Assembly: GCA_002440965.1 (NCBI GenBank)
Contig: DJWJ01000033.1
Span: forward strand, 7,627 to 71,626
From: Candidatus Omnitrophica bacterium UBA6233
GTDB taxonomy: Bacteria > Omnitrophota > Gorgyraeia > Gygaellales > Profunditerraquicolaceae
Direction: 5' to 3'
Length of the DNA: 64,000 nt
Position 1 is the stretch's first letter, and every line of letters begins with the position of its first letter. Shown here piece after piece: positions 58,159-64,000 of this stretch. The notes under the pieces were generated by a model that was not told where the DNA came from, did no database searches, and worked only from the letters and a program-made list of their open reading frames with translations. Made by a program: the position numbers and the translations under genes.

Positions 58159-58713
58159 TTAGCCGCTCTTTAAGGCCTGTTGCTTTGCGCGGGGAAAAAG
58201 TTTTAAAATCCTGCCGGCAACCTGCTTTACCGAAAGCCTGGAGGTATCAATGGCCTTGTCCGCTTCAGCATAATACGGAGAACGCAATTTTAAAAGCAAC
58301 CCGATTTGTTTTTCAGGATCCTTTACGTTAAGGAGCGGGCGGTGAGTTTGTGCGGAAACCCGTTTTAATATGACTTCGGGAAGGGCCTTCAGGCAAATCA
58401 TCGTCCCCGAATCTTTCATAACCCTTATATTCTCTTCATTAATCACGATCCCGCCGCCGCAGGCCACAACAAAACCATTTTCTTTAGCTATTTCTTTAAG
58501 CGCTTTTTTTTCTGCCCGCCTGAAATACTGCTCACCATCTTTGGCAAAGATATCGGCTATAGTTCTTTTTTCTTTTAATTCAATGAAATCGTCAAGGTCG
58601 ACAAAATGCCACTTCTTTTTTTTGGCTAATTCGCAGCCTACCGCGCTCTTGCCTGTTCCCATGAACCCCACCAGATAGATATTTTTCATATGATTTGTAG
58701 GGACGGTTCTCAA
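58159..58713 (-). CDS. aroK: shikimate kinase
   Basis: 184 aa. P-loop GFMGTGKSAVG and the shikimate-binding GGG motif. Confidence 0.85.
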   Translation of the reverse strand: MRTVPTNHMKNIYLVGFMGTGKSAVGCELAKKKKWHFVDLDDFIELKEKRTIADIFAKDGEQYFRRAEKKALKEIAKENGFVVACGGGIVINEENIRVMKDSGTMICLKALPEVILKRVSAQTHRPLLNVKDPEKQIGLLLKLRSPYYAEADKAIDTSRLSVKQVAGRILKLFPRAKQQALKSG

Positions 58714-58777
58714 CTCAATCTAAAAGTGTCCCCGGATAGGGGACAGTTTTGCTCTGGTTTGAGAACCGTCCCCTTGG

Positions 58778-59041
58778 TTATTCCTTATACGCTGTCAAAA
58801 CCGCCTCGCATAGCTGCGTTTTGAGTTCCTTAGTGGTAGGATAAACTGTGTTATACCACTTGCCATCTTTACCCTGATGCCTCGGCATGCTGACGAATAA
58901 CCCCTGGCTGCCATCAACTATGCTAAAACCCTTGATTATTATCCCTGCCAACGACACATCGGCAAAGGCCTTCAGCTTTGATTCGCCGCTAAACCGATAG
59001 ATCCGGCTAACCTGTATTTCCTTGCCATCCATTGTAATCAC
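58778..59041 (-). CDS. spoVG: SpoVG family protein
   Basis: 87 aa. The SpoVG family pattern is present (FADVSL...I.GF.I.....GLFVSMP). Confidence 0.75.
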   Translation of the reverse strand: MITMDGKEIQVSRIYRFSGESKLKAFADVSLAGIIIKGFSIVDGSQGLFVSMPRHQGKDGKWYNTVYPTTKELKTQLCEAVLTAYKE

Positions 59042-59078
59042 CCCCTTCTAACTCAATAGACGTAAGGGATGAGGTTTT

Positions 59079-60119
59079 CTAACTAATTCTCTTTAAATAA
59101 TTCTTAAAGTTATCTTGGATATCCCCTAAGGAGTCTGCACCGAATTTCTCCAGCAAAGCATCGGCTAAAACAAACGCGCTTGCCGCCTCCGCAACCACCG
59201 CCGCAGCAGCCACTACCGAAGTATCCGAACGCTCGGTAGCTGCCTTGGAAGCCCTTTTGTTGTTTATATTAACTGAACATAAAGGATTCATCAAAGTGCA
59301 TATGGGTTTCATACAGGCGCGTAAAATTATATCTTCGCCGTTAGATATGCCGCCTTCGATTCCGCCGGCATTATTTGTTTTATGGAAATACCCCTTGGGC
59401 CTGGAATAAAAAATCTCATCGTGCACTTCCGAGCCAAAACTAACCGCATACCCTAACCCCAAGCCTATCTCCAGCGCTTTTATTCCAGGAATAGATATTA
59501 ACGCCTGCGCCAGCTTTCCATCCAAACGCCTGTCAGGCTGGACATAACTTCCCAAGCCTACTGGCGCGCCTTTGATGGTTACCTCAAATATTCCGCCAAC
59601 AGTATCTTTATTTTTTATAGCTTCGCTTATTTTAGCTTTCATACCCGGAGGGCTGTTTTCGCCGCCAACAGACAAAACCCGGCTGGTAATGTTAATTTTG
59701 AATTCATTCAATAAAATCTTGCATAACGCGCCTATGCCAACGGTTGCCGCGGTGCTCCGGGCAGAAGCGCGCTCCAAAACTTCCCTTATATCCGAAAAGC
59801 CGTATTTTAACAACCCGGCCAAATCCGCATGCCCCGGTCGGGGGCACAATACCTTATGGAGTTTCTCGATGCTAGAATCTTTGTTTTCGACAAGAAGCGT
59901 GATAGGGCTGCCTAAAGTCGTGTTGTTTTTTAAGCCCGAAAGAAGTTTGGCCCGGTCATTCTCAATCTGCATACGCTTGCCCCGGCCAAATCCGGACTGC
60001 CTGCGTTTTAATTCTTTATTAATCAGTTCCGGGGTTATCCTAAGGCCTGCCGGCATACCTTCCAAAATCGCAACTATTGCCTTGCCATGCGATTCACCTG
60101 CGGTTAAAAGACGCAGCAT
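59079..60119 (-). CDS. aroC: chorismate synthase
   Basis: 346 aa. MLRLLTAGESHG and downstream conserved blocks (GRSSARET-like SARSTAATV). Confidence 0.9.
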   Translation of the reverse strand: MLRLLTAGESHGKAIVAILEGMPAGLRITPELINKELKRRQSGFGRGKRMQIENDRAKLLSGLKNNTTLGSPITLLVENKDSSIEKLHKVLCPRPGHADLAGLLKYGFSDIREVLERASARSTAATVGIGALCKILLNEFKINITSRVLSVGGENSPPGMKAKISEAIKNKDTVGGIFEVTIKGAPVGLGSYVQPDRRLDGKLAQALISIPGIKALEIGLGLGYAVSFGSEVHDEIFYSRPKGYFHKTNNAGGIEGGISNGEDIILRACMKPICTLMNPLCSVNINNKRASKAATERSDTSVVAAAAVVAEAASAFVLADALLEKFGADSLGDIQDNFKNYLKRIS

Positions 60120-60162
60120 ACTGTCTCCTTTCGTGTTGCCCCGCGATAATTCAACTGTAAGT

Positions 60163-60347
60163 TTGACTCAAAAGTTAAAATGTAAAACCAAAAACTGTTA
60201 AGGTCAAAGGTCAAAGCTCAAAATTCAAAATAAGCACAAATGACAAATAGCAAATGACAAAACTCCAGTTTTGATATTTGACATTTGAGTTTTAGATTTA
60301 TTTTGAGCTTTGAATTTTGTCATTTGTCATTAAGCTTTTGACTTTAT
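60163..60347. repeat. palindromic element, family 1 (full-length)
   Basis: gactcaaaagttaaaatgtaaaaccaaaaactg...aaggtcaaaggtcaaagctcaaaattcaaaataagcacaaatgacaaatagcaaatgacaaaactccagttttgatatttgacatttgagttttagatttattttgagctttgaattttgtcatttgtcatt...gcttttgactttat. Confidence 0.85.
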
Positions 60348-60360
60348 AATAGCAGCCTGT

Positions 60361-60927
60361 CTATTTCCACAGTCCGCGCTGGTTCTGACGCGCCTGTCGG
60401 TATAACTTAGAAAATAAATCCGCGTATTTGACGTTCGGCGGGTAAGTCATCAAAGACGCATACCCTTCTTCTACAATCTTAGCATTTACGAAAGTGCCGT
60501 CTTTTAGAAATACATACGCTAACAGCCTATCGTATTTATCATACTTGTTGACGTCAAATTCCAAACTTACCCGCTTGCCCTCAACCAAATTCTTGGTGAA
60601 TTTGAAAGAACGCTCTCCCAGTTTTTGAATAGCAGCAACGTCCTGTTTGGAACGCTGCGCGTCGCGGTAAAGCTTTTTGGAAACATGCATCTCCGGAGTA
60701 TCGATTCCGATAAGCCGGACTTTCTCTCCCGTCTCAAGCACAAGAGTATCTCCGTCTACTGCCCTGGTTACCAAAATATCGGCGTAATCATAACTTTTAC
60801 CGAAAGGCATAACGAATTTTGCATCTTTGGAATCATAGGCAATCTGCGCGTCTTCATTACAACCTGCCAGGTTAAACAACATAACCAAGGCGGCAAAAGC
60901 AGAGATTCTTCTAAGCAAATTATTCAT
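60361..60927 (-). CDS. thermonuclease (SNase-like) lipoprotein
   Basis: 188 aa with lipobox LAGC and the SNase core VDGDTLVLETGEKVRLIGIDTPE. Confidence 0.75.
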   Translation of the reverse strand: MNNLLRRISAFAALVMLFNLAGCNEDAQIAYDSKDAKFVMPFGKSYDYADILVTRAVDGDTLVLETGEKVRLIGIDTPEMHVSKKLYRDAQRSKQDVAAIQKLGERSFKFTKNLVEGKRVSLEFDVNKYDKYDRLLAYVFLKDGTFVNAKIVEEGYASLMTYPPNVKYADLFSKLYRQARQNQRGLWK

Positions 60928-61018
60928 TCCATTTCTCCATTTATCCGTTAATAATGCGACGGTTTCATTTTACTATTTATTATTAGATAAATCAACCCTT
61001 TTAGACTATAATATTCTT

Positions 61019-62899
61019 ATGATTTACGACCGGTTCCAGCAGGAAGCAATCGACTTTATCAATCAGGGACATTCGGTAATCGTTTCGGCTCCGACTGGCG
61101 CCGGCAAAACCGCCATTGCCGAACACATTATCACCACTTCGATTGAAAAGAATATCGGCGTAATTTATACCGCTCCCATCAAGGCGCTTTCTAACCAGAA
61201 ATTCCGCGACTTTCAGGCCCAATTCGGGGATAAAATCGGCTTATTAACCGGCGATGTTTCCTTAAACGCTTCGGCTCCGATTTTAATCATGACTACCGAG
61301 ATCTTCCGCAATAAAATCCTGGATGAGCCTAAGAGCCTCGAACAATATTCCTGGATCATCTTTGACGAAATCCACTATATCGATAATCCCGAGCGCGGCA
61401 CTGTCTGGGAAGAATCCCTGATATTTCTGCCTAAGCATATGAATCTTCTGGGCCTATCCGCGACCATTCCAAATATCCAACAATTCGCTTCTTGGATCGA
61501 ATCCATCCATAACAAAACAGTAAAGGTCGTTATCGAAGATAAACGCCCTGTCCCTTTGCACTTCCTTTTCCAGGCAGGCGGCGAAATAACCGATAAAATC
61601 GAACATTTTAAAAGATTAAGGTTTTTTAAGCCCAACAAATTATTCGGCCTTATAAACTACGTGCGTAACGCCCAGGGCCTGCCTTGCATATATTTTGTTT
61701 TTGGCCGCAGGCGGGCCGAAGAATTAGCCTCGGAATTGGCCTGTTCTAATTTCTTAAACGGCGAGGAGAAAACCCGCATCCTCAAAATGTATACGGATCT
61801 TTGCGAACGTTTTGACCTCAAGAACGACCGGACTGCTCAAAACCTTTACCGGCTTATTCAAAACGGAATCGCCTATCATCATGCCGGTATGCTGCCTACC
61901 CTCAAAGAAGTCATTGAAAGGCTGTTTACCAGTCGGCTCCTCAAGGTTATCTTTACAACCGAAACTTTCGCGCTGGGGATAAATATGCCCAGCCGCACGG
62001 TTATCTTCGATGAACTGCGTAAATTTTACGGGCGCTACGTGCGGAATTTGAAAACCCGCGATTTTTATCAGATGGCCGGACGCGCAGGCAGACGCGGTAT
62101 AGATACCGAAGGTTTTGTTTATTGCCGGCTTAACCTGCAAAGAATCCGCATTGACGAAGCTAAACGCATAATCTACGGGAAACCCGAAGAAGTAAGAAGC
62201 CAACTTAACACTTCTTACGCCACAATCCTGAATCTTTACGAAAAATACCAAGAGGATTTATTCAAAATTTATCCTCTCTCTCTGCATTTCTTTCAGTCGC
62301 GAAAAAATGACCAGAAAGAAGCTCTCCGGCTCATCGAAGCAAAATTAAAACTCCTGAAAGACTTAAATTACATCAATAACGGCGCGCTTACCGAAAAAGG
62401 AGAATTCGCCAAGAACGTCTACGGTTACGAATTGATTTTGAGCGAGCTGTATGAACAGCATATCCTGGAACAGCTTGACGAATTCGGGCTGGGGGTAATC
62501 GCGGTTTCCGCCGTATTTGAACCGCGCAAAAACCAACGCATCCCTTCCAATCTTTCCAGGAATACCCGGCAGATTAAAAAGATGTGCGAAGGAATCTACG
62601 ACGAGGTTAAACATAAGGAAGAAAGATTTAGAATCTACCCCTTTAGCAAACTCCCCTATTTTCATATGAGCACGGCAATGGAGGCGTGGCTGCGCGGGAC
62701 AAACTTCGAGAAAACTTTAAGGCTGGGAGATACTGATGAAGGAGAAGTCGTGCGGTATTTCCGGATGAGCGTGCAGGTGTTGCGCGAAATTGCCGACGCA
62801 AAAGTATCTTCCTATGTCTTGAAAGACAAAATCAAAGAAACAATCCGCGTGATTAACCGCGATGTAGTAGATGCGGAGAAACAACTCAGAGAAGGCTAA
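61019..62899 (+). CDS. DExH-box (Ski2-like superfamily 2) helicase
   Basis: 626 aa. Walker A SAPTGAGKT, motif II DEIH, motif III SAT, and motif VI QMAGRAGRRG. It is the only plus-strand gene in the window. Confidence 0.7.
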   Translation: MIYDRFQQEAIDFINQGHSVIVSAPTGAGKTAIAEHIITTSIEKNIGVIYTAPIKALSNQKFRDFQAQFGDKIGLLTGDVSLNASAPILIMTTEIFRNKILDEPKSLEQYSWIIFDEIHYIDNPERGTVWEESLIFLPKHMNLLGLSATIPNIQQFASWIESIHNKTVKVVIEDKRPVPLHFLFQAGGEITDKIEHFKRLRFFKPNKLFGLINYVRNAQGLPCIYFVFGRRRAEELASELACSNFLNGEEKTRILKMYTDLCERFDLKNDRTAQNLYRLIQNGIAYHHAGMLPTLKEVIERLFTSRLLKVIFTTETFALGINMPSRTVIFDELRKFYGRYVRNLKTRDFYQMAGRAGRRGIDTEGFVYCRLNLQRIRIDEAKRIIYGKPEEVRSQLNTSYATILNLYEKYQEDLFKIYPLSLHFFQSRKNDQKEALRLIEAKLKLLKDLNYINNGALTEKGEFAKNVYGYELILSELYEQHILEQLDEFGLGVIAVSAVFEPRKNQRIPSNLSRNTRQIKKMCEGIYDEVKHKEERFRIYPFSKLPYFHMSTAMEAWLRGTNFEKTLRLGDTDEGEVVRYFRMSVQVLREIADAKVSSYVLKDKIKETIRVINRDVVDAEKQLREG

Positions 62900-64000
62900 A
62901 TATGTAGCTTTCGAATCTCACCTTTTAGTTCTTCTATCTGTTTTTTTTGTTCCTGAACAGTTCTCTCGAGTAACTCTGTTTTTTGTTGAAGATCGGCTCC
63001 GAACCAAACCGGATTTACAAATACTGTAATCTTACCGACCTTCTTCGGATTTTTTTCTTTATATTCCTCCATTGCCTTACCCACTACCTGCCCGGGTTTT
63101 GTCGCCCTCATAGCCACCCCGCGGATTGAAGAAGAAGTTAAGTAATCTCCTAATTTAATTACTCCATTTTCCGTACAAACCTTAACCGGAACCCGGCCCG
63201 CTAAAGAAAGAGCCTTATCAATATCAGGAGGATTAACCGGTTTATCCTCCCAAGGGACCCCTCCTATAAAACCAGGCTTGGTAGAAACTATCCCTATGAT
63301 TGTTTCTTGATAAGGATAACTGCTTCTATCAGCATAATCCTTATTGCCTTTCTTCCCGATACAAACAATTACATCTCCCGCTTCTATCTTATTTTTGTCC
63401 TCATAGTTGATTAATTCGGCATAATCAAAAGACTGACTTCCCCAGCCTCCGCCTTCAACGCTATTCTGATAAGCTGTAGCAGAATCCGTCCAAAAACGAA
63501 ACATCTCATCTCCGTCTCGAGCCTGTATACTTATGAAACCTGCAGTGCTAGTATTTGGCGCTCCGCCCTTAATAACAGATATGTTATCAGAGGTGGTAAG
63601 TATGATCTCGCGCCCAAGGTCTACAGTTCCGGCAGTAAAATACGTCTTGCTAGATCTAATTTCTAAAGGAATGTTGACGCTGTCTGTGTCGTTAACTGCG
63701 TTGATAGATATCGCTCCAGAAACAGCACACCCGCCTTTAATGAGCAAATCTACGCCTGAGCTTTGCCTAACGTGTAGTATGCCAAGAGGATTCCCCGTCC
63801 CAATCCCCACATTGCCTCCCCCATTGGCCAAGAGCACATTACCTGTAGAGGTATAGTTAAGCCAGAGAGTGCCCAGGGCCCCTCCCAGTATGCCTTCGAT
63901 GACATTACCGTTGGCATCAGCCATACGCACACCGCTGTTACCACTGTTACGGACATCCAGGGCTCCGACAGGGCTGGTAGTGCCGATGCCGACCCTACCG
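62896..64000 (-). CDS. tail-fibre-domain protein with C-terminal intramolecular-chaperone (peptidase S74-like) region; 5' end beyond window
   Basis: Gly-rich N-region with repeated GNVGIGTGNPLGILHV-type motifs. The reading frame stays open upstream of the GTG at 63928, where it encodes GRVGIGTTSPVGALDV. The C-terminus ends in the coiled-coil ELLERTVQEQKKQIEELKGEIRKL. Confidence 0.5.
   Translation of the reverse strand, partial: GRVGIGTTSPVGALDVRNSGNSGVRMADANGNVIEGILGGALGTLWLNYTSTGNVLLANGGGNVGIGTGNPLGILHVRQSSGVDLLIKGGCAVSGAISINAVNDTDSVNIPLEIRSSKTYFTAGTVDLGREIILTTSDNISVIKGGAPNTSTAGFISIQARDGDEMFRFWTDSATAYQNSVEGGGWGSQSFDYAELINYEDKNKIEAGDVIVCIGKKGNKDYADRSSYPYQETIIGIVSTKPGFIGGVPWEDKPVNPPDIDKALSLAGRVPVKVCTENGVIKLGDYLTSSSIRGVAMRATKPGQVVGKAMEEYKEKNPKKVGKITVFVNPVWFGADLQQKTELLERTVQEQKKQIEELKGEIRKLHI

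Overview
This 64-kb window comes from a compact, AT-leaning genome of a diderm (LPS-making) bacterium, probably an uncultivated lineage. I cannot name the lineage from sequence alone. About 57 protein genes are tightly packed, often overlapping by 4-50 nt. Every gene except one helicase lies on the minus strand.

Gene content, in order along the window:
- A queuosine module: trmD (partial), tgt, queA and queH.
- Housekeeping genes: ruvB, scpA, trpS, infB, nusA, rimP, proS, a CpaF-like ATPase, ispG, rseP, dxr, cdsA and uppS.
- A GH57 branching enzyme with DUF4912, an OmpA-like lipoprotein, purA, an HMGL-like synthase, a 5'-nucleotidase fusion, serA, a SerC-like aminotransferase, clpP and a short trigger factor.
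- A large LPS block: lptB, an LptA-like gene, kdsC, kdsD, kdsA, kdsB, an HldE-kinase-like gene, GT9 heptosyltransferases, GT4 transferases, a polysaccharide deacetylase, an LpxL-ELM1 fusion, lpxK and waaA.
- Then xerC/D-like, topA, dprA, aroK, spoVG, aroC, an SNase, a DExH helicase and a tail-fibre-domain protein cut off by the window edge.

Two things stand out beyond the gene list:
- A palindromic AT-rich element is inserted into nearly every intergenic gap. Full copies are about 140-220 bp with nested inverted repeats, built from motifs such as 'caaagctcaaaattcaaaataaatctaaatgacaaa', its reverse complement, and an outer 'caaaagtcaaaaccacaa / ttgtggttttgac' arm. I count at least 15 copies plus a shorter related family. 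Several copies supply start codons, stop codons, C-terminal tails or signal-peptide-like N-termini of flanking genes.
- A roughly 520-bp GC-rich intergenic island (40136-40671) lies upstream of a deoxyhypusine-synthase-like gene. It has extensive long-range complementarity, including a 170-nt perfect-to-near-perfect hairpin domain. I could not assign it to RNase P, tmRNA, SRP, 6S or tRNA by eye.

Unusual domain fusions are also present: STAS-PilZ, LpxL-ELM1, GT4-GT9, a double GT9, and a 5'-nucleotidase joined to tandem thioredoxin-like domains.

All protein assignments come from my reading of the translated ORFs against motifs I recognise. No database search was run.
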